Shown piece after piece: positions 1-11,409 of a stretch of 64,000 nucleotides of DNA (position 1 is its first letter; every line of letters begins with the position of its first letter). The stretch lies in assembly GCA_045863335.1 (NCBI GenBank), contig BTVY01000009.1:1-64000 (forward strand), in the 5' to 3' direction. The notes under the pieces are model-generated. The model was given only the letters and a program-made list of their open reading frames with translations, searched no databases and was not told the DNA's origin. The stretch is from Candidatus Hydrogenedentota bacterium. Its GTDB lineage: Bacteria > Hydrogenedentota > Hydrogenedentia > Hydrogenedentales > SLHB01. The position numbers and the translations under genes were made by a program.

Positions 1-55
1 ATCGGCGCAGAGCGACAGCCTACCTCTGACTGCCGCCAATCTTTGCAACAGAGCC
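1..55 (+). mobile_element. Right end of IS6100 (IS6 family), including the 14-bp terminal inverted repeat TTTGCAACAGAGCC at 42-55
   Basis: Bases 1-55 match my recalled IS6100 3' end immediately after the tnpA stop; the IR is the reverse complement of GGCTCTGTTGCAAA. Recall only, not a database search. Confidence 0.85.
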
Positions 56-1552
56 CTTCTGAGAGCGAGATCTGTCGACGAGATTCAGCGGTTCCGAAGC
101 TTTGCCCGACGTTCTTGGAGGGACGACATTGATCCAGTCAGCCTGAATGCCAGGGAAGAGCGCCTGGGACCAGTTGTTCGAGACCAGTTGGCGGAGCTAT
201 CCAATGAGGATCATTATCGACCAATTGATTACATGGGAAGGCTTGTAAAGACCCCTCGCGACTTGAAATACATCTTGCGGCGATGCGCCTCTGCATGGGA
301 TAGCCTTCACGGTGAAGTCGACTTAGACGATCTGATCGCTGCAAACGTACTTCGGTATGCGGCACCCGAAGTCTTCGCAGTCCTTATGGAACGACAAACG
401 CAGATCCGATCATTCGTAGCCCGCCAGGGCAGCGCGGATGATTTGAGGCAATCGCGCGAGAACCTAGAGAATCTCTTCCGTAAACCGTGCGAAGGAAAAG
501 TCCACTTGGAGTCAGACAGACAGGCAATCCTTGGCATTGTCGACTTTCTTTATCCTGGATGGAAAGGCGAAAGTCGGGAGAATCCACCTGTTCCTCAGGG
601 TCTCAGTGTGGATGAGCCAACGGACTACTGGACACGCTATCTCTCGGAAGACGTCCCGCAAGATGATATTCGAGATCAACAGGTATTGAAAGCTATGGTG
701 GCATGGCGTGATGACGAGCGGACAAAAGATTCCCTCAATGCAGGCTTGGCCGTTAGTGTCGTGCAATCACCAAAATTCGCCGCAAAGGTCGAACAGTTTG
801 GCCCCAGTGTTTTTGACGATTCTCAGGTCATGGATCTTGCAAGTCAACTGTTCGGGATTATTCGTTGTGAAGATAACAGACATCTGGCAATCGGACGTTA
901 TGGGGAAATACCTGGGTTTCTAGAGCTTTGGCGACTGATGATTCAGGGACACAAGACCGTTAGCCATGATGCTTATAGAAAATGGCTCGTGGCGGAGGTG
1001 AAAAAAGCGTTGCCAGTCAATCTACTGTTGGCAAGCGAGTTGTTGCACTACTATTCGATCCGAAATGAGAATGAGGTCAAAGCTGGACGAAGCCAAAAGC
1101 ATCTCGAACTCTGGAAAGGTCTAGGGCAAATATTCCAAGATGCTTATGAAAACAACCTTGACGTTTTCGTGGAATCCTTGGGGGAAGCACCACCGTTTGC
1201 GTTGTATCACTTCGTGCGTGAGTCACTTGACAGCGAAATTGGGTTGGAGGCCTTGCGGGATGACGATTGGAAATGGTTTCCGATGGTTTGGTTGCGCGCA
1301 GTGGAAATCCACCCTGCGACTGTTCTGCCGGAGATTGTCGTGACCTTGGTGGGGCCGGACAAAGATCACGCAATTCGCGGCAATCTGATGGGCAATGGCA
1401 AGAAGATTTTCGGTGATCAATTCACTACGGCCTTGAGGGGGATTGCCAAAGAATACGATCTTGGCTCATTGGCAGAAGACCTCCGGGTCCGTGTTGAGAA
1501 CGTACAGAAGGTGGCCAGGGAGTTGCTAAGAGAACAAACATCCGACGGGTAG
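56..1552 (+). pseudogene. C-terminal part of a KAP-family P-loop NTPase, N-terminus missing at the IS end
   Basis: Frame is open from the IS junction to the TAG at 1552. KTPRDLK...GEVDLDDL...APEVF is typical of the KAP NTPase C-terminal region. No Walker A in the remaining part. Visibly more AT-rich than neighbours. Confidence 0.6.
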
Positions 1553-1691
1553 TAGTCTTGGCGAATCCTTCGAACACATCGTCCCCAAATTGCAAAATTT
1601 TAGGAAGGTGGGTTTGGGCAAGTCTTATGTCAGTCTGAGAGACATTTGGATTCTGCCTAACTGGATTTAGGCGCAGAGGATCTCCGTTCCC

Positions 1692-2336
1692 CTATCGTAC
1701 GATTCTCAACATCCCCTCAAAATCCTCGCGCCAGGAGGGGGACAGGGCTTGGACGCGGAGGGTCCTCTCAATGCCTTCGCGGTTACCTTTGTCGAAGAAT
1801 CGGAGATGGTTAACGAAGTGGACGGAGACGCGTTCGGGGTCGGGCTTTATCAATTCGATGGGGTCGCCGGCGGCGAGTTCGCCTTCTTTGACGACGCGGA
1901 AGTAGATCCCGGAGCGTTCGCTTTCGAGGAACTCCTTCACGATCTCGGGGCGGCCCATGCGGATGCCGAGTTTGAAGCAGGGTTGGCGGGGTTGCGTGGC
2001 TTGGATTGATGCGGTGCCGATGCGGAAGACGTCGCCGATGTGGACCTCGGTTTCCAGCATGCCTTCCGTGGTAAGGTTTTCGCCGAACTGGCCGAAGGTG
2101 AAGTCGTCGCGGTTCAGGCGTTCCCGCCAATACGCGTAATGTTCGTAGGGGTAGGCGTAGACGGCCTTGTGTTCGCCGCCGTGGTACCGCAAATCGGCCT
2201 GGCCATCCCCGTCGAGGTTGTGCCGGCGCAGGGTGATGCGTCCGGAGACAGGGGTCTTGAAGATGCCGGTCGTGACTGGGCCGTTCGAACCCCCGACCGT
2301 CCTCGGCATGCTGACGTTTAGTGAAAGAAGTCGCAT
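1692..2336 (-). CDS. MOSC-domain protein with 3-alpha domain (YiiM-like)
   Basis: GDGQAD..HGG..KAVY, FGENLT, QPRQPCFKL, RSGIYFRV motifs; ATG at 2336 chosen as start. Confidence 0.9.
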   Translation of the reverse strand: MRLLSLNVSMPRTVGGSNGPVTTGIFKTPVSGRITLRRHNLDGDGQADLRYHGGEHKAVYAYPYEHYAYWRERLNRDDFTFGQFGENLTTEGMLETEVHIGDVFRIGTASIQATQPRQPCFKLGIRMGRPEIVKEFLESERSGIYFRVVKEGELAAGDPIELIKPDPERVSVHFVNHLRFFDKGNREGIERTLRVQALSPSWREDFEGMLRIVR

Positions 2337-2382
2337 TGTCACCCCAAGATTGCGCTCCCAGTGCAATTCCTCGCTCCGCAAT

Positions 2383-3150
2383 TCACTTCATCTTCACGTA
2401 TCGCCGCGCCCAGGCGGCGATGACTTCGCCGGCGTATCGCGCGTCGCCTTCTTTGCTCAGTAGATGGTCCGCCGTATCGAGGGATACGTAGCTCTTGGGG
2501 TGCCGCGCGGCCTCGAAGAGCTTTGCGGCGTTGTCGATGTGGACCGTGTCGTCGATGGGCGAATGCAGGATGAGCAGTGCCCGGTCGAGGTTCTCCACGA
2601 CTTCGTCCCAGTTGTCATGGCGCAGACTATCCAGAAAGGCGCGGCGGATGCCGTATTGCTGGCCGCCGATGGTGACCTTGCCCTCGCCCGTCTTCTCGAT
2701 ATCTTCTTCCACGTGCGACAGAACGTCGGCCAGATGTCCGGGATTGTGCGGCGCAGCGAGGGTGACTACTGCGGTGCAGGACGGGATGAACCCGGCCGCT
2801 TGCAGGACCGCCGCGCCGCCCAGCGAATGTCCGAGCAGCAGCTTCGGCGGCGCATACTCCTGCTCCATGTGCCGCGCGGCAGCGAGCAGGTCTTCCACGT
2901 TCGATGTGAAGGTAGTCTCCTCGAATGCACCGCCACTCTGTCCGAGTCCCGTGAAATCGAACCGGAACACGCCCCACCCGTGGTCCGTGAGGGTCCGGGC
3001 GATGTTGACGATGCCTTTGTAGTCTTTCGAGCAGGTAAAGCAATGGGCAATCAAGGCGTAGGCGCGCGGCTCACCGTCGTCGGGGCGATCGACCCGCGCC
3101 GCGAGCGGGTGTCCGTGACTGCCTTTGAATTTGATCGTGGTTGTTTTCAT
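2383..3150 (-). CDS. Alpha/beta hydrolase of the type usually fused to OsmC, here without the OsmC domain
   Basis: AHCFTCSK, FDFTGLGQS, GHSLGG nucleophile motif, HPKSYVSLD..DHLL. Confidence 0.85.
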   Translation of the reverse strand: MKTTTIKFKGSHGHPLAARVDRPDDGEPRAYALIAHCFTCSKDYKGIVNIARTLTDHGWGVFRFDFTGLGQSGGAFEETTFTSNVEDLLAAARHMEQEYAPPKLLLGHSLGGAAVLQAAGFIPSCTAVVTLAAPHNPGHLADVLSHVEEDIEKTGEGKVTIGGQQYGIRRAFLDSLRHDNWDEVVENLDRALLILHSPIDDTVHIDNAAKLFEAARHPKSYVSLDTADHLLSKEGDARYAGEVIAAWARRYVKMK

Positions 3151-3353
3151 GGTCAGGTTATTTATTTACTATCCAATGCGTATTATGTAGCGCGTCGTAT
3201 CCAATAGAAGTCAAATATCGTCAACAAATTGCTTGCAAGTCATCAAGAAATTGATTGGCAAATTCGATCTGAAATCGCACTTTGAAACGCGAGAAACGCG
3301 ATTGTGTTTCGCTGGCAACAGTGGCGATCTGCTTGCCATGATTGCGAAAACTG

Positions 3354-4154
3354 TCAGTCTATATCCTTGACATAGATCCAAAGCACGCCGCCAATCTCGG
3401 CGTCTACTTCAGTGCCGTCCGGCGATTTTGCTTTCTCGTCCATTTCGGGCAGCGCGGTCAACGCCCACCACCCTTCGCGCACGGGGGCAAACGAAAACTC
3501 TCCGTTGCTGCCCGTCTTCAGAATTTGCGTCTTGTACGCATTCGACGGTAGGGTCACCTCGTCGTTCTGGTCGAAGTATTCGACTTCAATGCGGGCGTCG
3601 GGCGCAGGTTCGCCGTGCCGTAGGACTACGCCCCGGAAAACGCTGCCGGTCCACAGCGAGGTCGGCTGGACCAGGGGGGCAATTTCCACTGGGAAGCCCA
3701 CCAGGGCATCCCAGCCTTCCCAGTTCTCCCAGCCCAGTTCCGAATCGGTCGGCAATTGGGCCGCGGTCGAATCGACGATGACCTTGGTGTAGTGCGTGAT
3801 AGCGACATTCTCGTCGGCGTCCCAGTAAGGGCTGGGTTCAAGAAAGACGGCATGCGCTCCGGGGTCGGACATTTCGAGCGTGGCCGAATACGTATCGCCG
3901 CCGCCGGCCGAGGAGACCTCAAGGGACTCTGACAGGTCCAACCGATTCCCGTTGATCAGCGTGCCCAAGGCTTTGGGACGGCCCATATTGAGTATGGGAC
4001 CATTGTCGCTGGCGTGTCCCACCCACCGGATATCGAAGTTGACCGTGGCTCCGTCAATGGTCTTTGGGACAAGAACCTGAACGTGGGCCTGCGCCACGTG
4101 CACCTGGAGAGCAAACGCCAACACAGCGACTACGGCAGCATAATCTCGGCTCAT
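3354..4154 (-). CDS. DUF4198 family periplasmic protein (Ni/Co uptake-associated)
   Basis: Signal peptide followed by His (AQAHVQ), PYW..E...THYTK, VGFPVEIAPL, GWW, GGVLW; GGAG precedes the ATG at 4154. Confidence 0.75.
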   Translation of the reverse strand: MSRDYAAVVAVLAFALQVHVAQAHVQVLVPKTIDGATVNFDIRWVGHASDNGPILNMGRPKALGTLINGNRLDLSESLEVSSAGGGDTYSATLEMSDPGAHAVFLEPSPYWDADENVAITHYTKVIVDSTAAQLPTDSELGWENWEGWDALVGFPVEIAPLVQPTSLWTGSVFRGVVLRHGEPAPDARIEVEYFDQNDEVTLPSNAYKTQILKTGSNGEFSFAPVREGWWALTALPEMDEKAKSPDGTEVDAEIGGVLWIYVKDID

Positions 4155-4351
4155 AGAATCACTCCATTTGAGGCTCGTTGTTCGCGGCGATTCGGCAATC
4201 ATCGGTCCCGGCACGGCCTGAGATTGGGTTGCCGCCTCTTGCTTTGCCAGACATCCATCTTCTATGGTGAGAGAGGTACCTTCGCACATCCCGCCCTTCG
4301 TCCTTCTGGTCTCAGCGAAGAAGAGCGCCTCACAATACAAGGAGAATGGCT

Positions 4352-5338
<987 letters not shown>

Positions 5339-5640
5339 CTATCGCAGGTGGGGTTCGGGCATATTTCGCCGGAATCTGGCGTTCGTCAATGCAAAGTATT
5401 GATCCAGGTAGACCCTGGCGTCGGCTTGAATGGCGCCTAAGGGCTGGCATACAATATCGTGTTCCGAGCGTAAATGATTCTGTTGCAAGGTGCGCGAGGA
5501 GAATCAAGTACCGAGCGCGGGCGATGTTCCGGGTCAGTTTTTCGGCGACTGGAGGCAGGCCCGTGGGCGCGTTTTTCGGGCAATTTCGGGTTGCGCCCGG
5601 CCTCGGGTGTATCCCCATCCGCAGATAAGGTGAGCGAATC

Positions 5641-8319
5641 GTGGAAGCCAACGTACAAGAATACGACGTAGACGAGATTATCGAGGCGGAGACGCGCGAG
5701 TGGCTCCAGTCTCTCAATTATCTGATCGAAAACGAGGGCCCCGAACGGGTCATTCACATCCTGCGTCAATTGCAGATCCGGGCGCAGGCAGCCGGGGTGA
5801 AGCTGCCCTTTACGGCGAATACCCCGTACGTCAATACCATCCGCCCCGAGGATCAGCCGACCTATCCCGGCAGCCGGGAGATCGAACGGCGCATTAAGAG
5901 CATCATCCGGTGGAACGCCATGGCCATGGTCGTGCGGGCCAACCGGGAAGAGAGCGGCATCGGCGGGCACATTTCGACCTTCGCATCCGCGGCAACGCTC
6001 TACGAAGTCGGATTCAATCACTTTTTCAAAGGGACCGGCAAGAACCATAACGGCGACCAGGTGTATTTCCAAGGGCACGCCGCACCCGGGATTTACTCCC
6101 GCGCGTTCCTCGAAGGCCGGTTGAGCAACGAGCAACTCGAGAACTTCCGGGCGGAACTGCAGCCCGGCGGCGGCCTTTCCTCGTACCCGCACCCGTGGCT
6201 CATGCCGGAATTCTGGCAGTTCCCGACGGTGTCCATGGGTTTGGGTCCGATCATGGCGATTTATCAGGCGCGGTTTAACCGCTACCTCGAAGACCGCGGG
6301 CTCAAGGAGGACAACGGCAACAAGGTTTGGGCCTTCCTGGGCGACGGTGAAACCGACGAACCAGAGACCTTGGGCGCGATTACGTTGGCCGCGCGCGAGA
6401 AGCTCGACAACTTGATCTTTGTCATCAACTGCAATCTGCAGCGGCTCGACGGCCCCGTGCGCGGCAACGGCAAGATCATTCAGGAACTCGAAGCGATCTT
6501 CCGGGGCGCGGGTTGGAACGTCATCAAGGTCGTGTGGAGCAGCGAATGGGATCCCCTTCTGGCTCAGGATACGCAGGGGCTTCTCGTCAAGCGCATGGGC
6601 GAAGTGGTGGACGGCCAATACCAGAAGTACACCGTCGAGGACGGCAAGTACATCCGCGACCATTTCCTCAACGATCCTCGACTCCAGAAACTGGGCCGTG
6701 GCCTGACGGACGAACAGCTCCGCAAGATCAAACGCGGCGGACACGACCCTGAGAAGGTGTACGCTGCCTATCACGCGGCGGTGAACCACGAGGGCCAGCC
6801 GACCGTGATTCTCGCCAAGACGATTAAGGGATACGGTCTCGGTGAAAGCGGCGAAGGCAAGAACATCACCCACCAGCAGAAAAAGCTGAACGAAGACGAG
6901 CTGCGCGAGTTCCGGACGCGCTTCGGGATTCCCATTTCGGACGATCAGGTTGCCCACGCGCCCTTCTACCGGCCGGCCGAAGACAGCCCGGAGATGGTGT
7001 ACCTTCGCGAGCGGCGCGAAGCGCTGGGCGGTTACATGCCGACGCGCGCGACTACATGTGACCCCATTGAAATGCCGGATGCGTCGGCGTTCGAGGAGTT
7101 CAACAAGGGTTCTGACGACCGTACATTCTCGACGACCTTCGCGTTTGTGCGAATCCTGTCAAAACTATTGCGCGACAAGAAAATAGGCAAGTATGTCGTG
7201 CCCATCGTGCCGGACGAGGCGCGAACCTTCGGAATGGAATCGCTGTTCCGTCAGGTGGGCATCTACGCCCACGCGGGGCAGCTCTACGAGCCCGTCGATT
7301 CGGATAGCCTGATTTACTACAAGGAAGCCGAAGACGGGCAGATCCTCGAAGAGGGCATCACCGAAGCCGGTTCCATGTCGTCCTTCATCGCGGCTGGCAC
7401 TGCGTATTCGACGCATGGTATCCCGACGATTCCGTTCTTCATCTTCTACTCCATGTTCGGATTTCAGCGTATCGGCGATCTGATCTGGGCCGCGGGCGAC
7501 ATGCGGTGCCGTGGTTTCCTGTTGGGCGCGACGGCGGGGCGCACGACGCTTGCGGGCGAGGGCTTGCAGCACCAGGACGGCAACAGCCATCTGCTGGCGA
7601 GTACGCTGCCGAATCTCGTTGCCTACGATCCTGCCTTCGCGTACGAACTGGCGGTGATCCTCAAGGACGGTATTCGCCGCATGTACCAGGAACAGGAGAG
7701 CATCTTTTACTACATCACGGTCGGCAACGAACCGTATGCCATGCCGCCGATGCCGAAGGATTGCGAAGAGGGCATCCTGAAAGGGTTGTACAAGTTCCGC
7801 GCGGCATCGAATAAGAAAGCCAAGTTGAAGGCGCAGATTTTCGGCAGCGGTTCGATTATGAACGAAGCCTTGAAGGCACAGCAGATTCTTGCCGACGACT
7901 ACGGCGTCGCCGCGGATGTGTGGAGTGTGACGAGTTACAAGGAACTCCGGCGCGATGCGCTCGAATGCGAACGCTGGAACTTGCTCAATCCGGGGTCGAA
8001 GAAGAAAACACCCTACATCACGTCCTGCCTGGAAGGCGAGCCGGGGATTGTCGTCGCGGCTTCGGATTACATGAAGTCCTTGCCGGACGCGTTGGATCGC
8101 TGGATACCGCAGCGGCTGGTGTCCCTGGGAACCGACGGGTTCGGACGGAGCGAGTCGCGCCGCGCATTGCGCGACTTCTTCGAGGTCGACGCGCGATACA
8201 TCGCGTTGGCCACGCTCACCGGCCTGGCGGAAGAAGGCAAGGTGAAGTCCGACGTTCTCAAGAAGGCAATCAAACAGCTCGGAATCAATCCCGATAAGCG
8301 GAACCCCCTGCGCGATTAG
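5641..8319 (+). CDS. aceE: Pyruvate dehydrogenase E1, homodimeric type
   Basis: GGHIS, FPTVSMGLG, GDGETDEPE TPP-binding motif, NCNLQRLDG, GEGLQHQDG. Confidence 0.97.
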   Translation: MEANVQEYDVDEIIEAETREWLQSLNYLIENEGPERVIHILRQLQIRAQAAGVKLPFTANTPYVNTIRPEDQPTYPGSREIERRIKSIIRWNAMAMVVRANREESGIGGHISTFASAATLYEVGFNHFFKGTGKNHNGDQVYFQGHAAPGIYSRAFLEGRLSNEQLENFRAELQPGGGLSSYPHPWLMPEFWQFPTVSMGLGPIMAIYQARFNRYLEDRGLKEDNGNKVWAFLGDGETDEPETLGAITLAAREKLDNLIFVINCNLQRLDGPVRGNGKIIQELEAIFRGAGWNVIKVVWSSEWDPLLAQDTQGLLVKRMGEVVDGQYQKYTVEDGKYIRDHFLNDPRLQKLGRGLTDEQLRKIKRGGHDPEKVYAAYHAAVNHEGQPTVILAKTIKGYGLGESGEGKNITHQQKKLNEDELREFRTRFGIPISDDQVAHAPFYRPAEDSPEMVYLRERREALGGYMPTRATTCDPIEMPDASAFEEFNKGSDDRTFSTTFAFVRILSKLLRDKKIGKYVVPIVPDEARTFGMESLFRQVGIYAHAGQLYEPVDSDSLIYYKEAEDGQILEEGITEAGSMSSFIAAGTAYSTHGIPTIPFFIFYSMFGFQRIGDLIWAAGDMRCRGFLLGATAGRTTLAGEGLQHQDGNSHLLASTLPNLVAYDPAFAYELAVILKDGIRRMYQEQESIFYYITVGNEPYAMPPMPKDCEEGILKGLYKFRAASNKKAKLKAQIFGSGSIMNEALKAQQILADDYGVAADVWSVTSYKELRRDALECERWNLLNPGSKKKTPYITSCLEGEPGIVVAASDYMKSLPDALDRWIPQRLVSLGTDGFGRSESRRALRDFFEVDARYIALATLTGLAEEGKVKSDVLKKAIKQLGINPDKRNPLRD

Positions 8320-8394
8320 TTCGCGTTTTGAGTCGCATTACGAAAGCGGAACTCCTCCCGACCACGAGGAATTCACGGACAATAGGAAAATCTG

Positions 8395-9789
8395 ATGGCT
8401 ACTGAGTTCAAACTACCGGCGCTCGCGGAAAACGTCGAACAGGTCAGCGTGACCAAGATATTCGTCTCGGAAGGCGACGAGATTGAAAAGGATCAACCCG
8501 TCATCGAGATCGAGACGGACAAGGCCGCGGCGGAGGTGCCGTCCGACGTGAGCGGCACGGTCACCGAGATTCGCGCGAAGGAGGGTTCGACCCTTCGCGT
8601 AGGCGAGGTCGTGCTGGTTGTTAAGGACGGGGCCGAAGGGAAGAAGAAGGAAGAGGCTTCCGCCAAGAAGGAGCCAGAGAAGAAGGCTGAGAAGGCGGAG
8701 GTGAAGAAGGCCGAGACGCCGAAGGCCGAAGAGAAGAAGGCCAAGAAAGCGCCCGCCGCGAAAGAAAAAGCGGAGGAGCCTGCTGAGGAAGAGCCGGAGG
8801 AGAAGGCTGCGGAGGCCGAAGCGGAAACGGCGGAAGAGGAAACCTCCGAAGAAGCCCCCGCACCGGCACGGCGTGCCGCAGGCGGGCCGGTTCCGGCGGC
8901 CCCCAGCGTTCGCAGGCTGGCCCGTGAGATTGGCGTGGAGATCAGCGAAGTGCCGGGGTCCGGTCCTGGCGGCCGCATTTCCATGGAGGATGTGAAGTCA
9001 TACTCGCGGCGCGTCAACACGGACGTGCGCGGGATTTCCGGCGGCGTTGTGTCGACGCGCTCGCCGTTGCCCGACTTTTCGCGATGGGGCGAAGTGGAGC
9101 GCCAGGCGATGAACAGCGTGCGCCGTCGCACTGCCGAGAACATGGCGGCATCGTGGGCGCAGGTGCCCCACGTGACGCAGTTCGACAAGGCCGACGTGAC
9201 GCAGCTTGAAGAGCTTCGCCGCCGGTTCGGCAAACGGGTCGAGGCGGAGGGTGGCAAACTGACGGCCACGGCCATCTTGGTCAAGGTGCTCGCCTCGGCA
9301 CTGAAGAAGTTTCCGCAATTCAACTCGAGCATCGATCTCGCGAACAACGAGATCATATACAAGCAGTTCTACAACATCGGCGTTGCGGTGGACACGGATC
9401 GCGGCCTGCTGGTTCCCGTCATTCACAGCGCGGACCAAAAGAATATTGTCGAGATCGCCATCGAACTCAGCGCGATGGCGGAGCGGGCGCGTCAGCGCAA
9501 GAGCAAGCTCGAAGAAATGCAAGGCGGGACGTTCACGATCAGCAATCTCGGGGGAATCGGCGGCACGGGATTCACGCCTATCGTGAATCCGCCGGAGGTG
9601 GCCATCCTCGGCGTCTCCCGCTCGGCGGTGGAGCCCGTTTTTGTGGATGGCGCGTTCCAGCCGCGAACCATGCTGCCTTTAGCCCTGTCGTACGACCATC
9701 GCGTGATCGACGGTGCCGACGGGGCGCGCTTCCTGCGTTGGGTGGTGGAAGCGTTGGAACAGCCATTCCTGCTGTTCCTGGAGGGGTAG
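8395..9789 (+). CDS. aceF: Dihydrolipoamide acetyltransferase E2 with a single lipoyl domain
   Basis: ETDKA lipoyl site, Ala/Glu/Lys linker, PSVRRLARE E3-binding domain, DHRVIDG catalytic motif; follows aceE. Confidence 0.93.
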   Translation: MATEFKLPALAENVEQVSVTKIFVSEGDEIEKDQPVIEIETDKAAAEVPSDVSGTVTEIRAKEGSTLRVGEVVLVVKDGAEGKKKEEASAKKEPEKKAEKAEVKKAETPKAEEKKAKKAPAAKEKAEEPAEEEPEEKAAEAEAETAEEETSEEAPAPARRAAGGPVPAAPSVRRLAREIGVEISEVPGSGPGGRISMEDVKSYSRRVNTDVRGISGGVVSTRSPLPDFSRWGEVERQAMNSVRRRTAENMAASWAQVPHVTQFDKADVTQLEELRRRFGKRVEAEGGKLTATAILVKVLASALKKFPQFNSSIDLANNEIIYKQFYNIGVAVDTDRGLLVPVIHSADQKNIVEIAIELSAMAERARQRKSKLEEMQGGTFTISNLGGIGGTGFTPIVNPPEVAILGVSRSAVEPVFVDGAFQPRTMLPLALSYDHRVIDGADGARFLRWVVEALEQPFLLFLEG

Positions 9790-9943
9790 CCGAGAGTTTG
9801 GTGCGGCAATCTGTTTGCACTGGCGACTTGCGCTGGTCCACGAGCTGCACCGCGAACGTCGGGTGTTTTCCGTTCAGCGACTTGCTGAACATGACCGCGC
9901 GCCAGCGGGTTGATGCGGGTTGCGCAAAGCAGGACTATTGAGT

Positions 9944-11371
9944 ATGAGCGAGACGAACGGTCGCAAAGTAACGGTCATTGGTGGCGGTCCAGGCGGGTAT
10001 GCCGCCGCGTTCAAAGCAGCGGATCTCGGGCTGGATACGACTCTTGTAGATTTGGAACCCAATCCGGGTGGCGTGTGCTTGTATCGGGGGTGCATTCCGT
10101 CGAAGGCCTTGCTTCACGTGGCCGGGATATTGAATGACGCCAAGGAAGCGGAGCACTGGGGCATCACGTTCCAGAAGCCCCGGATCGACCTCGATAAGAT
10201 GCGGGAGAGCAAAGACGCCGTCGTCAGCAAGATGACCGGAGGCCTTGGCCAGTTGTGCAAGGCGCGCAAGATTGCGTTTATTCAAGGCCGTGCGAGTTTC
10301 GAAGATTCCAACACAATCAAGATCACGGATGCGAAGGGCAAAGAGCAATTCGTGAAGACGGACTACACGATCCTCGCCGCGGGCTCGCGTCCCGCGACGC
10401 TGCCGGATCTCTATCTGGAATCGGATGCCCTGTTGAATTCCACCACGGCGTTGCAGATTGAATCCGTTCCGAAGACGATGCTCGTCATCGGCGGCGGCTA
10501 CATTGGACTCGAACTCGGATCGGTCTATGCCGCGCTTGGAACCAACGTCACGGTTGTCGAAATGACGGGTTCCCTGTTGCCGGGCGCCGACAGCGATCTC
10601 GTGGACGTGCTCGCGAAACGGATGGAGACGGTATTCAAATCGATCCTTTTGAACACCAAGGTGGCCAAACTGAAAGAGGTTTCCGGCGGCATTTCCGTCA
10701 CCTTTGTGCCCGAAGACGCGAAGGAACGCACCGAGACCTTTGAGAAGGTGCTTGTGAGTATCGGTCGGAAACCCAATTCCAGCGGTTTGGCGCTCAATAA
10801 TACGGGTGTGACGGTGAACTCGAAGGGGTTCGTGGAAGTCGATATTCAGCGTCGCACCAACGATCCCAGTATCTTTGCCATCGGCGATATCGTCGGCGAG
10901 CCCATGCTCGCGCACAAGGCGTCTCATGAGGGCCGCGTCGCGGCGGAAGTGATTGCAGGGCACAACACGGCCTTCGAACCCGCGGCGATTCCGGCAGTCG
11001 TTTTCACCGACCCCGAAGTGGCTTGGTGCGGAATTACCGAGAAGCAGGCGCAACGGGAGAACCGTTCGGTTCACGTGGCGCGCTTCCCGTGGGGCGCGTC
11101 CGGCCGCGCATCGACCTTGAACCGGAGCGACGGCCTCACCAAAATCATTACCGACCCGGAAACGGACCATGTAATTGGCGTCGGCATCGTGGGCCACGGC
11201 GCGGGAGAGCTGATTGCCCAGGGCGCCATCGCCATCGAGATGGGCGCGACAGCGGAAGACATTGGCCTCACGATTCATCCGCACCCGACGCTGAGTGAGA
11301 CGATCATGGAGTCGGCCGATTTGATCTTCGGCAGCGGCACACACGTATACCGTCCCGCGGGAAAAAGTTAA
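9944..11371 (+). CDS. lpdA: Dihydrolipoyl dehydrogenase E3
   Basis: GGGPGG, GGVCLYRGCIPSK, GGGYIG, HPHPTLSE. Confidence 0.96.
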   Translation: MSETNGRKVTVIGGGPGGYAAAFKAADLGLDTTLVDLEPNPGGVCLYRGCIPSKALLHVAGILNDAKEAEHWGITFQKPRIDLDKMRESKDAVVSKMTGGLGQLCKARKIAFIQGRASFEDSNTIKITDAKGKEQFVKTDYTILAAGSRPATLPDLYLESDALLNSTTALQIESVPKTMLVIGGGYIGLELGSVYAALGTNVTVVEMTGSLLPGADSDLVDVLAKRMETVFKSILLNTKVAKLKEVSGGISVTFVPEDAKERTETFEKVLVSIGRKPNSSGLALNNTGVTVNSKGFVEVDIQRRTNDPSIFAIGDIVGEPMLAHKASHEGRVAAEVIAGHNTAFEPAAIPAVVFTDPEVAWCGITEKQAQRENRSVHVARFPWGASGRASTLNRSDGLTKIITDPETDHVIGVGIVGHGAGELIAQGAIAIEMGATAEDIGLTIHPHPTLSETIMESADLIFGSGTHVYRPAGKS

Positions 11372-11409
11372 CCGACGGCTCCGCGCTCGGGCGTTGACCG
11401 GATTACTCG

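Noticed and set aside
3160-3215. TATCCAAT direct repeat upstream of the hydrolase-MOSC genes
   Set aside because: Only two 8-bp copies in AT-rich promoter DNA; may be an operator but too weak to call.
4155-4345. Possible cobalamin or NiCo riboswitch upstream of the DUF4198 gene
   Set aside because: No B12-box or NiCo consensus recognisable by eye.
5437-6957. 506-aa antisense ORF, and similar ones at 9935-11344, 13733-15418, 29841-30929, 49646-50566 and 53106-54083
   Set aside because: Shadow ORFs opposite well-supported genes, expected from high GC3 codon bias; no recognisable motifs.
8630-8880. GAAGAAGGC-rich low-complexity stretch
   Set aside because: It encodes the normal Ala/Glu/Lys linker of PDH E2.
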